Shown: positions 30,515-40,131, counted from the first letter of the stretch. The stretch: 64,000 nt of DNA from an uncultured Actinomycetes bacterium (GCA_963771385.1 CAVYTE010000016.1:23664-87663), one strand, 5' to 3'. Notes: a model not told the origin generated them from the sequence alone. Translations and numbers: made by a program.

Positions 30515-31543
30515 ATGCAACCGTGGGGCCGAACGTTCGAGGGGCGGCTGGATGAGCTCGAGATCGACAGCGAGGCGCTGCGGGGCAACCGGCTCGGGGA
30601 CCCGCACGTCCGGCCGCTCTGGGTCTACACGCCGCCGGGGTACGACGACGATGCCGAGCGGCGATACCCGTGCGTGTACGTGATCCAGGGACTCACCGGA
30701 CAGCTCGACATGTGGCACAACCGCGAGCCGTTCCGCGCCAACTATCCGGAGATGGTCGACGAGCTGTTCGCCTCGGGCTCGACGCCGCCGGCGCTCGTGG
30801 CGTTCGTCGACTGCTGGACCTCGATCGGCGGCAGCCAGTTCCTGAACTCGCCCGGCACGGGGCGCTATCAGGACTTCCTGTGCGACGAGGTCGTGGCGTT
30901 CGTCGACGAGCGGTACCGGACGTTCCCCGATCGCGAGCATCGTGGGATCCAGGGCAAATCGAGCGGCGGGTACGGCGCGCTCGTCACGCCGATGCTGCGA
31001 CCGGACGTGTTCTCGGCGCTGGCGTCGCATGCCGGCGACGCGCTGTTCGAGGCATGCTACCTCCCGGAGTTCCGCGAGACCGTCCGCGCGCTCCGCGAGC
31101 ACTACGGCGGGTCGTACGAGCGGTTCTGGGAAGACTTCCGTTCGCGGCCCGCGATGTCGAAGAAGGACGACGGCACGCTCTTGAACGACTGGTGCATGGC
31201 GGCCTGCTACTCGGCGGACGAGGACGGGACGGTTCGGCTGCCGTTCGACGTCGCGACGGGCATGCTCATCGACGAGGTGTGGCAGCGGTGGCTCGCCCTC
31301 GACCCGGTCCGGATGGTTCCACGGCACGTGGACGAGCTGCGCTCGATGCGGGGGATCTGGCTCGACGGGGGCACGAGGGACGAGTGGTACCTGGACAACG
31401 GCGCGGTCGCGGTGTCGAAGCAGCTCGAGACGATCGGCGTCGAGCACACGCTCGAGCTGTTCGACGCCGGTCACATGTCGATCGGGTACCGGTACCCGCG
31501 TTCGCTCGCGTTCCTGGCCGAGGCACTTTCCGAGCGGACGTGA
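30515..31543 (+). CDS. Alpha/beta hydrolase, putative esterase family (enterochelin-esterase-like)
   Basis: 342 aa with the nucleophile elbow GKSSGG. A GAGGGAGG RBS lies upstream. Confidence 0.75.
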   Translation: MQPWGRTFEGRLDELEIDSEALRGNRLGDPHVRPLWVYTPPGYDDDAERRYPCVYVIQGLTGQLDMWHNREPFRANYPEMVDELFASGSTPPALVAFVDCWTSIGGSQFLNSPGTGRYQDFLCDEVVAFVDERYRTFPDREHRGIQGKSSGGYGALVTPMLRPDVFSALASHAGDALFEACYLPEFRETVRALREHYGGSYERFWEDFRSRPAMSKKDDGTLLNDWCMAACYSADEDGTVRLPFDVATGMLIDEVWQRWLALDPVRMVPRHVDELRSMRGIWLDGGTRDEWYLDNGAVAVSKQLETIGVEHTLELFDAGHMSIGYRYPRSLAFLAEALSERT

Positions 31544-31552
31544 GGGGGTCGA

Positions 31553-32332
31553 CTAGGCCGACTGGTCGACGGTCCCCGACAGCACGACGTCGCCGGCCGC
31601 GTCGACGACCACCACGTCGCTGAAGCCCGACAGATCGGCGCGCTTGAACTGGTAGAACACCTCGGCGCCGCCGTCCGCGTCCAGCTCAACGATCCGACCC
31701 GCGCGCAGCTCCTTGCCCGTGCGGGTGTTCACGAGCCGGACCCGGTACGGGAGACGCTGAGTCGCGGCGGGATCGAGTCCGTTCACGATCACCATCGAGA
31801 AGTCCAGGAGCCGGGGCGAGACGAGCTGCAGGGCGAACCCGCCGCCGGTCCCGGTGGCGACCGGCGAGAGCGGCGCCAGATGCATGTTGCTCTCGGAGAC
31901 GGTCTGACCGGGGAAGAGCTGCGCGATCGTCCGCTGGAACCGTTCGAGCGCCTCCGCCTGGGTGCGCTCCGCCAGGGCCGCGCGCTCGGCGAACCGGTCC
32001 GCGCGACCCGCCATGACCGCGCCCCACCCGAGGCTCGCGACGGCGATCATCGCGGCCACGATCGCAGCCGCGGCGGTCCGGGCGCGCCTGGGGGTTCCCG
32101 GCGCACCCGCCGACCGGCGCACCCGGGCGACGACCCGCTCGCCGAGGCCCTGCGGGACCGGAGCCGGCTCGAGGGTGAACCCGAACGTCGCCGCCGCCTG
32201 TCCGAGGTCCGAGGCCTCCTTGCGGCATCCGGCGCACCAGTGCAGATGACGCTCGACCCTCGCGCGATCGTCGACGGACAGCACCCCGACCGCGAGCTCC
32301 GGCAGGAGCTCTCGAACGTCGAGGCAGGTCAC
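31553..32332 (-). CDS. Anti-sigma factor (zf-HC2 type)
   Basis: The GTG at 32332 forms a GTGA overlap with the sigma gene stop. It carries the HLHWCAGC zinc motif, a single TM segment (AAAIVAAMIAVASLGWGAV) and an extracytoplasmic domain. Confidence 0.8.
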   Translation of the reverse strand: MTCLDVRELLPELAVGVLSVDDRARVERHLHWCAGCRKEASDLGQAAATFGFTLEPAPVPQGLGERVVARVRRSAGAPGTPRRARTAAAAIVAAMIAVASLGWGAVMAGRADRFAERAALAERTQAEALERFQRTIAQLFPGQTVSESNMHLAPLSPVATGTGGGFALQLVSPRLLDFSMVIVNGLDPAATQRLPYRVRLVNTRTGKELRAGRIVELDADGGAEVFYQFKRADLSGFSDVVVVDAAGDVVLSGTVDQSA

Positions 32333-32964
32333 GGCCGTTCCTTGTCCTGGTTCGCGCGGCGGACCTTGATGAGCGCGGTGCGCAGCCGTGTCTTCACCGT
32401 TCCGAGCGGGATCCCGTCCGCCTCGGCGATCTCGCGGGCGGTGAGCCCGCCGAAGTACGCGCGGCCGAGCAATCGCTTCTCCGCGTCCGAGAGGGACTCG
32501 AGGGCCCGGATCGCGGCATCGCGTTCGATCAGTGGCTCTTCCTCGTCGACGCCGCCGATCTCCGGCACCTCGTCGACGAGCACGAGGTGCGGGCGCGTCA
32601 CGCCCGTCTCCCGTCGCAGCCGGTCGACCGCGAGGTTGTGCGCGATCGTCATGAGCCACGTCGACAGGCGACCGCGGGAGGGGTCGAACCGAGCGGCCTT
32701 GCGCCATGCCGCGAGGAAGACGTCCTGGGTCAACTCCTCCGCCGCCTCCGAGCTCCCGAGCAGCCGCAGGCCCAACGTGAAGATCGGACGCGCATAGCGC
32801 GCGTAGAGCGCGCGAACGGCTTCTTCGTTGCCGGCAAGGAGCCCCTCCACGAGTTGTTGCTCCTCGCGGGCGAGGAGCGGTCCGTCGGGCCGAGTGCCCA
32901 CCCGGTCTCCTTCCCGGTATACGACCATCGCGCCGCGCCTAGTTTGGCGGGACGTCATCGACAT
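32329..32964 (-). CDS. ECF (sigma-70 family) RNA polymerase sigma factor
   Basis: Region 2 reads EELTQDVFLAAWRKAARFDPSRGRLSTWLMTIAHNLAVDRLRR. Region 4 reads LTAREIAEADGIPLGTVKTRLR. The start is uncertain (32964, 32958 or 32925). Confidence 0.85.
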   Translation of the reverse strand: MSMTSRQTRRGAMVVYREGDRVGTRPDGPLLAREEQQLVEGLLAGNEEAVRALYARYARPIFTLGLRLLGSSEAAEELTQDVFLAAWRKAARFDPSRGRLSTWLMTIAHNLAVDRLRRETGVTRPHLVLVDEVPEIGGVDEEEPLIERDAAIRALESLSDAEKRLLGRAYFGGLTAREIAEADGIPLGTVKTRLRTALIKVRRANQDKERP

Positions 32965-33053
32965 GATGCCACGCTCGACCTCATTCGGGTGCCTCCGCGC
33001 GCGAGGTTCATCTTGTTGCAGTAGGCGCTCGAGCCGACCCGCCCGCGCCCTGG

Positions 33054-33726
33054 TCAGTGACCGTTCGAGGAGAAGTGCTGGTAGTCCTTGACGGACGACC
33101 AGTTCCCTCCCCACTCCCAGCCGACACGGTGGAAGGCACGCCAGACCGGGTCACGGTCCACCACCATCCCCGGGCGGACGTCGGAGCGGTCGAGGTAGCT
33201 GCGGCCCCTCCGCGGCGAGACCCGATCGCCGTCGACGTACGGGTTCTCGACGGGGTTGATGTCGACGGCGCGTCCGTAGGCGTGTTGCGACCAGGTGGTC
33301 GTCCCGGCCACGTAGCGACAGTTGAACGCCGACGTGTTGTCGTGGCGCATCGACTCGCGGTCGTCCGCACCGTAGCGGTCGACGAGCGCGAACCCGGTGG
33401 ACGTGGAACCCGCGCTCGAACAGGTTCCGGAAGACCTCGAGGATCTCGTCGGCCCATCCTCGATGCACGACCAGCCGGCCGCGCTGCGTCTCGCCGTTGA
33501 ACCCCACGTACGTGAGCCGCACGATGCGGAGGTTCCGCAGCGGGACGGGGCATCCCGGGCGCCACGACGACCCGGTCATCAGGTCCCTGGTCTCGCGATC
33601 GATCCGCGAGACCGACCCCACGAACGGCTCGCCGGCACCGGCCGGCGCCGGGGCGGCGGCCACCAGGACCGCGACGAAGCACCCGAGCGCGACCCCGCGT
33701 CGCACGAGGCCCAGCGTACGCGCCAT
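33054..33726 (-). pseudogene. M15-family D-Ala-D-Ala carboxypeptidase/peptidoglycan hydrolase (VanY-like), one frameshift near 33391-33400
   Basis: The signal peptide and N-terminal part (MARTLGLVRRGVALGCFVAVLVAAAPAPA...RNLFERGF) lie in one frame. The catalytic part (FALVDRYGADDRESMRHDNTSAFNCR...SQHAYGRAVDINP...DYQHFS) lies in ORF 33054..33350. The span is 673 nt (3n+1). Confidence 0.8.
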
Positions 33727-33763
33727 CCATCCACGCCGGTGCGATGATGGTCTCGGTGACCTG

Positions 33764-35092
33764 GTGAACCCTCGACGTGGCCTCGCCCTCGCCGCCCTCG
33801 CGGTCTCCGGGTTGGCGACGTCGGCGTCCGGTGCCCTCGCGCAGTCCGCGAGCCCGGTCGTGATCGAGCTTCGGATCGACGGAGTGGTCGATCCGTTCAT
33901 CGCGGATCACGTGGAGAGCGGGATCGCCCAGGCGCAGGACGAGGGCGCCGCGGCGGTGCTCCTGACGCTCGACACGCCGGGCGGGCTCGACTCGTCGATG
34001 CGACAGATCACCCAGGCGATCCTGAACGCCGAGGTGCCGGTGATCGGTTACGTGTCGCCGCAGGGCGCTCGGGCCGCCTCCGCCGGGACGTTCATCCTCC
34101 TGTCGACGAACATCGCCGCGATGGCGCCGGCCACCAACGTCGGGGCCGCACAGCCGGTCGGTCTGTCCGGGGCCGTCGCGTCGGAGAAGGCCGTGAACGA
34201 CGCCGCCGAGTACATCGTGAGCATCGCCGAGGCGCGCGGACGCAACGCCGAGTGGGCGGAGTCGGCGGTCCGCGAAGCCGAGAGCATCTCCGCGGAGCAG
34301 GCGCTCGAGCTCGGCGTGATCGACCTCATCGCGACCGACGTCCCGACGCTGCTGCAGGAGGTGAACGGCACCGTCGTCGAGCTCGCGGACGGCGAGGAGG
34401 TCACGCTCGAGCTCACCGGTGCGACGGTGCGCCAGGAGGACCTCGGCTTCTTCGCCGGCGTCCTGCATGCCCTGCTCGACCCGAACCTGGCGTTCCTGTT
34501 CTTCTGGCTCGGGCTGGCGCTCATCGTGCTCGAGTTCTTCGTGCCGGGCGGGATCGCGGGCACGCTCGGGGTGATCCTGTTCGTGTCCTCGCTCGTGGCG
34601 CTCGGAACGCTGCCCGTCCAGCTGATCGGTGTCGTGCTGCTCGTCGCCTCGATCGTGTTCTTCGTCCTCGAACTGCTGCATCCGGGGGTGGGGCTGCCGG
34701 CGATCGCCGGCGTGATCTGCGTGGTGCTGGGCGGGCTGTTCCTGTTCGACACGTCCGTCCCCGGCGTCGCCGTCTCACCCCTGTTGATCGTGCCGGTCGC
34801 GGGGTTCGCGGCCTTCTTCTTCCTCGTCGTCGCCCGCCAGGCGCTGCGCCTGCGCCATCGCAAGGTGATCACGCGCGACGAGCAGCTCGTCGGGCGTGAG
34901 GGGGTCGTCGTGCGCGACCTGGCACCGACCGGCGTCGTCCAGGTCGCCGCGGAGGAATGGACGGCCGAGGCCGTTCGGGGGACGCCTCGGACGGGCGACC
35001 GGGTCCGGGTCGTGGGGTTGGACGGGCTGAAGCTGAAGGTCGAACCCGCGGAAGAGCCGGCGACGGCGGCCGCGGAAGAGCCGAGTCGATGA
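33764..35092 (+). CDS. NfeD-family membrane-bound serine protease
   Basis: A ClpP-like domain (LDTPGGLDSSMRQI...GARAASAGTFI) is followed by several TM segments and a C-terminal NfeD OB domain. An SPFH gene follows directly. Confidence 0.85.
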   Translation: MNPRRGLALAALAVSGLATSASGALAQSASPVVIELRIDGVVDPFIADHVESGIAQAQDEGAAAVLLTLDTPGGLDSSMRQITQAILNAEVPVIGYVSPQGARAASAGTFILLSTNIAAMAPATNVGAAQPVGLSGAVASEKAVNDAAEYIVSIAEARGRNAEWAESAVREAESISAEQALELGVIDLIATDVPTLLQEVNGTVVELADGEEVTLELTGATVRQEDLGFFAGVLHALLDPNLAFLFFWLGLALIVLEFFVPGGIAGTLGVILFVSSLVALGTLPVQLIGVVLLVASIVFFVLELLHPGVGLPAIAGVICVVLGGLFLFDTSVPGVAVSPLLIVPVAGFAAFFFLVVARQALRLRHRKVITRDEQLVGREGVVVRDLAPTGVVQVAAEEWTAEAVRGTPRTGDRVRVVGLDGLKLKVEPAEEPATAAAEEPSR

Positions 35093-35114
35093 CGAGCGGA
35101 TAGGAGGAGAGACC

Positions 35115-36011
35115 GTGGACTGGATCCCGTTGGCGATCGGCGTCGGCGTGGTGTTGCTGCTGCTGGTCCTGATCCTGCCCCAGGCGCTGCGGATCGTTCG
35201 CGAGTACCAACGCTTGATGGTGTTCCGGCTCGGTCGGTCGATCGGTGCGAAAGGACCCGGGCTCGTCTTCCTGATCCCCTTCGTCGACAAGGGCGTCATG
35301 GTCGACCTCCGCGAGCTCTACCTGGAGATCCCGCACCAGACCGCGATCACGGAGGACAACGCGACGATCTCGATCGACTTCATCGTCTTCTATCGCGTCG
35401 TCGACGCCGCGATGTCGGTGATCGAGGTGGCGAACTTCGCGGGGGCGGCTCAGAACATCGCCTCGACCACCCTCCGATCGGTCGTCGGCGACATGGCGCT
35501 GGATGAGGTGCTCGCTCGGCGCGAGCAGATGAACGAGATCCTGCGCACGAAGCTCGACGAGGTGACCGAACGGTGGGGCACGAAGGTCACGAACGTCGAG
35601 ATCCGCGAGGTGATCCCCCCGCCCCAGGTGCTGGACGCGATGACCCGGCAGATGTCCGCCGAGCGCACGCGCCGCGCGGTCGTCACCGAGGCCGACGGGG
35701 CCAAGCAGGCCGCGATCACCGTCGCCGAGGGCAACAAGCAGTCGGCGATCCTGAACGCGGAGGGCGACCGGCAGGCCGCGATCCTTCGAGCGGAGGGGTT
35801 CGCGCTCGCGCTCACGAAGATCTACGAGTCGGCGCAGGCCGTCGACGGGAAGACGATGAGCCTGCAGTACCTCGACGCGCTGAAGCAGATCGGCGCCTCG
35901 CCATCGACGAAGTTCGTGATCCCGATGGAGTTCACGCAGCTGCTCTCCGGGATCACGGACTACGCGGAGCGAACGTTCGGCAACGGCCGCTCGGGAGACG
36001 GGGCCGCGTAG
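35115..36011 (+). CDS. SPFH/band-7 (stomatin-like) protein
   Basis: 298 aa: an N-terminal TM segment, then RIVREYQRLMVFRLGR...LEIPHQTAITEDNATISID. This is a classical NfeD-stomatin pair. Confidence 0.9.
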   Translation: MDWIPLAIGVGVVLLLLVLILPQALRIVREYQRLMVFRLGRSIGAKGPGLVFLIPFVDKGVMVDLRELYLEIPHQTAITEDNATISIDFIVFYRVVDAAMSVIEVANFAGAAQNIASTTLRSVVGDMALDEVLARREQMNEILRTKLDEVTERWGTKVTNVEIREVIPPPQVLDAMTRQMSAERTRRAVVTEADGAKQAAITVAEGNKQSAILNAEGDRQAAILRAEGFALALTKIYESAQAVDGKTMSLQYLDALKQIGASPSTKFVIPMEFTQLLSGITDYAERTFGNGRSGDGAA

Positions 36012-36024
36012 CGACCTCCCCCTC

Positions 36025-36052
36025 GGAACCGATCGCCTTGCACCGGTGTAGA
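36025..36052 (+). promoter_or_regulatory. Candidate ECF-type promoter of the second sigma gene (GGAACC-N13-CGGTGTAGA)
   Basis: GGAACC lies at 36025-36030 and CGGTGTAGA at 36044-36052, ending 5 nt before the GTG at 36058. The identical motif and spacing recur at 37418-37445. Confidence 0.5.
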
Positions 36053-36057
36053 GCGGG

Positions 36058-36644
36058 GTGACCGACCGAGTGGAGGGCCGTCCACTGGAGGACGTCGAGC
36101 TCGCCCGCCGGGCGAGGGACGGCGACGTCCACGCCTACGGCGAGCTCGTGGAGCGGTACCGGGAGGTGGCGTTCCGAACGGCGTGGCTCATCACCCGGAG
36201 CTCGGCGGATGCGGAGGACGCAGCGCAGGACGCGTTCGTGAAGGCGTTCTACGCGCTCGCCCGGTTCCGGAAAGGAGAGGCGTTCCGGCCGTGGATCCTT
36301 CGGATCGTTTCGAACGAGGCGAAGAACCGACGACGTTCGGCGGGCCGGCGGGAACGGCTGACGCTGCGCCTCGCGGACGACCCCGGCTCGGGGGGCGCGG
36401 CCCCGTCCCCCGAGGCCGCGGTGCTGGGGCTGGAGGCGCGGCAGGCCCTGCTCGCCGGGCTGGAGCGGCTCCCCGAGCCGCGACCGGCTCGTCGTGGCCT
36501 ACCGGTACCTGCTCGAGCTCTCGGAGGCGGAGACCGCCGAGCGCGCTCGGGATCCGACCGGGCACGGTCAAGTCCCGGCTCTCGCGGGCGCTCGACCGGC
36601 TGCGGAGCCAGATGGAGACGACGGAGACGACGGACGATGGATGA
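36058..36644 (+). pseudogene. ECF sigma factor, two frameshifts (about 36480 and about 36545)
   Basis: Region 2 (EDAAQDAFVKAFYALARFRKGEAFRPWILRIVSNEAKNRRR) lies in frame 1. DRLVVAYRYLLELSEAETAER lies in frame 2. IRPGTVKSRLSRALDRLR lies in frame 0, ending with TGA at 36642-36644. Confidence 0.8.
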
Positions 36645-37411
36645 GCCGCACCCGATGAGCGACGATCGGCTCGCCGAGGTCCTGACCTCGCTCGGCCACG
36701 AGGTCGACTATCCCGCGACCGCCGGCTCTCGTGTCCGCCGTCACCGCCCGCCTCGAGACCGACCGCGCGGGGCGCGCCCGGCCCGCGTTCCCCCGCATGG
36801 CCCTGTGGGGTCGTCGGCGCACGCTCGGACTCGTCGCGATCGGGCTCCTGGCGCTCGTCGGACTCGCCGCGGCGGCCAGACTCACGATCGGCGCGTTCGA
36901 GATCCGCGTGCAGCCGGACGTGACCCCGTCGGTCTCGATGCCGCCCGTCGACCCCGGCGTGCTCGGGCACCCGCTCCCTGCGGCGGAGGCCGTGGCCAGT
37001 CGCCGGGTTCGACCCGCCGTTGCCTGCCGGGCCGGCCCCCGACGAGATCTACGTCGTCGACAGCCCGTTCGGGGATCCCGGCCTCGTCTTCGCGTGGCGG
37101 CCCGATCGAGCGGTACCCGAGGATCTCCGGGACCGACTGGGGGCAGCTCCTCATGTCCTTCCAGGGCGACGACGAGCAGGTCGTGAAGACCGTGGAGCGC
37201 TTCGAGAACGTCGAGGAGGTCCGGGTGAACGGCGGCCGCGCGTACTGGATCACCGGTCCCGCACGAGATCGTGTTCGAGACCGAACGAGGCGCCGAGACG
37301 TTCTCGGTCACCGGCAACGTCCTGATCTGGCAGGTGGGCGACATCGCGTACCGGCTGGAGACCTCGCTCGGCCGCGGGGCCGCGATCGCGGTGGCCGAGT
37401 CGGTCCGCTGA
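36637..37411 (+). pseudogene. Sigma-associated membrane protein (anti-sigma-like, DUF4367-like C-terminus), about 4 frameshifts
   Basis: The ATG at 36637 overlaps the sigma stop. MDEPHPMSDDRLAEVL... is followed by a TM segment (LGLVAIGLLALVGLAAAA) and then ...VVKTVERFENVEEVRVNGGRAYWITGP | HEIVFETERGAETFSVTGNVLIWQVGDIAYRLE. It is readable only across three frames. Confidence 0.6.
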
Positions 37412-37417
37412 GCGGAG

Positions 37418-37445
37418 GGAACCGGACGTTCCCGAGCGGTGTAGA
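37418..37445 (+). promoter_or_regulatory. Second copy of GGAACC-N13-CGGTGTAGA, upstream of the cupredoxin gene
   Basis: GGAACC lies at 37418-37423 and CGGTGTAGA at 37437-37445, 35 nt before the ATG at 37480, which has a GGAAGGAGGG RBS. Confidence 0.5.
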
Positions 37446-37479
37446 CGCGTCAACGCAGGTTCGAGGGAAGGAGGGCTTC

Positions 37480-38046
37480 ATGGCCCGTCGGATCGGAACC
37501 GCTCTGGCCGCGACGTTCCTCGTGGCCCTGGTCCTCCCGGCGTCCGCGGCGCTCGCCGGCGGCGGCTGTCACACGGGCGCGACGCAGGGCGAGGGAGACA
37601 CGGTCGAGATCAAGGACGCGTGCTTCGCGCCGTCGATCTTGCAGGTCGATCCCGGCGACAGCGTCACGTTCGTGAACCTCGACGAGGTCACCCACAACGT
37701 CGGTGGGAACGCGTGGGGCAACTTCGAGGACATGAACCTGAACGACGCGTTCACGCGCCACGTTCGACGAGGCGGGCGTGTACCCCTACGCCTGCTCCTA
37801 CCACCCGGGGATGACCGGTGCGATCGTCGTCGGCTCCGGCAGCGGCGCGGGGAACGGCGAGGCCGTGTCGGTCGCGGCGTTCCAGCAGCCGGCCGCGGCG
37901 TCCCCGGTCGTCGAGGTCCGCACGGTCACCAAGGAGGCCGGCGGCGCCCCGATCGCGATCGGATGGGTCGTGGGCGGCGCGATCGGCCTCGCGCTCGGGA
38001 TCGGATCGCGGCGCTCGCCAGGCGAGGCGGGCGGACCGCGGCCTAA
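37480..38046 (+). pseudogene. Type-1 copper cupredoxin (amicyanin/plastocyanin-like) with signal peptide and C-terminal TM anchor; two compensating frameshifts
   Basis: MARRIGTALAATFLVALVLPASAALAGGG is followed by ...VTFVNLDEVTHNV...; after a shift near 37755 comes TFDEAGVYPYACSYHPGMTGAIVV, which supplies the Cys-x2-His-x2-Met ligands. There is a probable shift back near 38005 that gives ...GLALGIGIAALARRGGRTAA. Confidence 0.75.
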
Positions 38047-38084
38047 CCGCGCCCGCGCGCGGCTCCAGCGGCTCGGGTCCGGCG

Positions 38085-39255
38085 TCAGGCCGATCGCCCG
38101 GGAGCGGGATCCGGGCCTGCTGGAGCTGCAGCGTGAAGTCGTGGGGGTTCGATGAGGCCGCGAGCGCGGCGTCGACCGTGACCCTGCCCCCCGGACGAGC
38201 CCGAGCAGGCTCTGGTCGAACGTGCACATCCCGTAGTACTCGCCCTCGGCGATCACGTCGTGGATCTCGGCCGTCTTGTCCGCGTCGGCGATCCGCTCGG
38301 CGATGCGGCCGTTGTTCACCAGGATCTCGTGGTCGGGATCACGGCCCCGTCCGGCGTCGGGACGAGCCGCTGGCACACGATCCCGCGCAGCGCCCCGGCG
38401 AGCGTGAGCCGGATCTGGCCCTGCTGGTCGGCGGGAAGAAGTCGACGATGCGGTTCACGGTCTCGGTGGCGTTCGAGCGTGTGCAGCGTCGACAGCACGA
38501 GGTGTCCGGTCTCCGCCGCCTGCAGGGCGGCGCGCACGGTCTCCGGTGTCGCGCATCTCGCCGATCAGGATCACGTCGGGGTCCTGGCGGAGGGCCGCCC
38601 GGAGCGCCGCGAGGAAGTCTCGGTGTCGTTGCCCACCTCGCGCTGGTTGATCGATGCGACGTCGTCTCGGAACAGCACCTCGATCGGGTCCTCGATCGTG
38701 ACGATGTGGCACTGGCGTCGTGTGGTTCACGTGCTCGATCATCGCCGCCAGGGTCGTGGTCTTGCCGGAGCCCGTCGGGCCGGTGACGAGCACGAGGCCG
38801 CGGGCCTCCTCCGCCAGCCGGCGGACCACGTCCGGGAGCCCCATGTCCTCGAACGACGGGCCGCCGAACCGGAGCTTGCGCAGGACCGCGGAGATCGACC
38901 CCCGCTGGCGGAAGACGTTGGCCCGGAACCGCCCGACGCCGGCGAGGGAGTACGCGAAGTCCACCTCGCCGGTGCGTCCGCAGCCGTTCCATCCGATCGC
39001 TCGGCACGATCGCGTTCCCGATCGCCTCGGTCTCGAAGTGCGTGAGCGGCGTGCGGTCCAGCGGGACGAGCGCGCCCGGCCTCGCGGAACTTCGGCGGCG
39101 ACCCCGACCTTCACGTGCAGGTCGGACCCCTTGCGCTGCAGGAGCTCGGCGAGCCATCCGTTGAACTCGCCGACGATGCCCGTGACGTTGCCGGCGTCGA
39201 GGTCCGCCAGGCGGATCTCGCGTTCGGGCGGCCGGTCTTGCTGGGGATCGAGCAC
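38085..39255 (-). pseudogene. pilT: Type IV pilus retraction ATPase PilT-like, at least 10 frameshifts
   Basis: GSDLHVKVG, GEVDFAYSLAGVGRFRANVFRQRG, Walker A GPTGSGKTTT, CHIVTIEDPIEV, DPDVILIGEMRD, TGHLVLSTLHT and NATETVNRIVDFFP are spread over three frames. The GTG at 39255 is preceded by AGGAG. The 3' end is uncertain. Confidence 0.75.
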
Positions 39256-39287
39256 GTTCGGGGCTCCTGCGCGGTCGGATGTCTGCT

Positions 39288-40023
39288 CTATCGGCCGGTG
39301 CGACGGTGGCCCTGAGGTGCGAGCCCGAACGAGGTCAGGACGCTCGAGCGCCGGCCTCGAGCCGGCACGTCGATCCGCTCGGCGAGCGGAGAGAACGATC
39401 GCAGCTCGAGCGGGGGCCTCAGCGCCGCGAGCATGCCCTCCACGAGCCCTCGGTGCACGGCGCAGACGAGCTCGCGATGGTCGTCGAGGAGCTCGCGGAA
39501 CGGGCAGTCGCGCAGGGTCACCTCGACCGAGCCGTCGGGGCCGCGCCGGAAGCGCGGATCGAACCCCGCCGAGGCCATCGCCTCCTGCAGCACCGCGAGG
39601 CCGAGCCGGCCGGCCGCGCGGGTGCCCGGCTTCGGGCCGCCACGGACGGCCAGGTACTGCGCCCCACTCCCGCGCCAGGCCGACGGCGCGAGCGCGGGCC
39701 CTCGCGCCGGTCGCGAGCCCGGCCAGGATCTCGGCCAGCAAGCGGAAGTCACGCGTGTCGCCGTCGGCGCGCTCGACGGCGACGTACAGGGTCTGGGGCC
39801 GGCCCACGGTCGCCGCCCGATGCACCTCGCGCCGGACGAGGCCCGCCTCCTCCAGACGCCGCAGGTGCGGCCGGAGCGTGTTCGGGTGCAGCGAGAGCCG
39901 GGTCGAGAGCTCGCGGACGGCGACCGGCCGCCCCGAGAGCCCGAGGTATCGGTACAGCCGGAACCTGGTGTCGTCGGCGAGCGCCTTGTGGATCTCGAGC
40001 GGCGTGGGCTCACGCGGCGGCAT
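39288..40023 (-). pseudogene. ArsR/SmtB-type HTH regulator with C-terminal extension, one frameshift near 39650-39670
   Basis: MPPREPTPLEIHKALADDTRFRLYRYLGLSGRPVAVRELSTRLSLHPNTLRPHLRRLEEAGLV is a winged-helix sequence. The C-terminal part lies in ORF 39288..40316 (...DCPFRELLDDHRELVCAVHRGLVEG). The span is 736 nt (3n+1). Confidence 0.75.
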
Positions 40024-40086
40024 CGTCGCGCCTCGGTCCGGGCCGGCATCGACGACGCCGTCCCCCGGCCGTACCATGGGAGTACG

Positions 40087-40102
40087 CACGGTTCGCACCG
40101 TG
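40087..40102. promoter_or_regulatory. Palindrome CACGGT-TCGC-ACCGTG in the ArsR/mrp divergent intergenic region (candidate operator)
   Basis: A perfect 6-4-6 inverted repeat that ends 30 nt upstream of the mrp GTG at 40132 and starts 64 nt upstream of the ArsR ATG at 40023. Confidence 0.35.
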
Positions 40103-40131
40103 TCGACCAGGATAATCTCGAGGAGGTCCGC

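Noticed and set aside
32965-33053. TGAACC-N16-CCGAAT, considered as an autoregulatory ECF promoter for the first sigma gene.
   Set aside because: It is a single occurrence with no second copy in the window for support, and the start codon of the sigma gene is uncertain.
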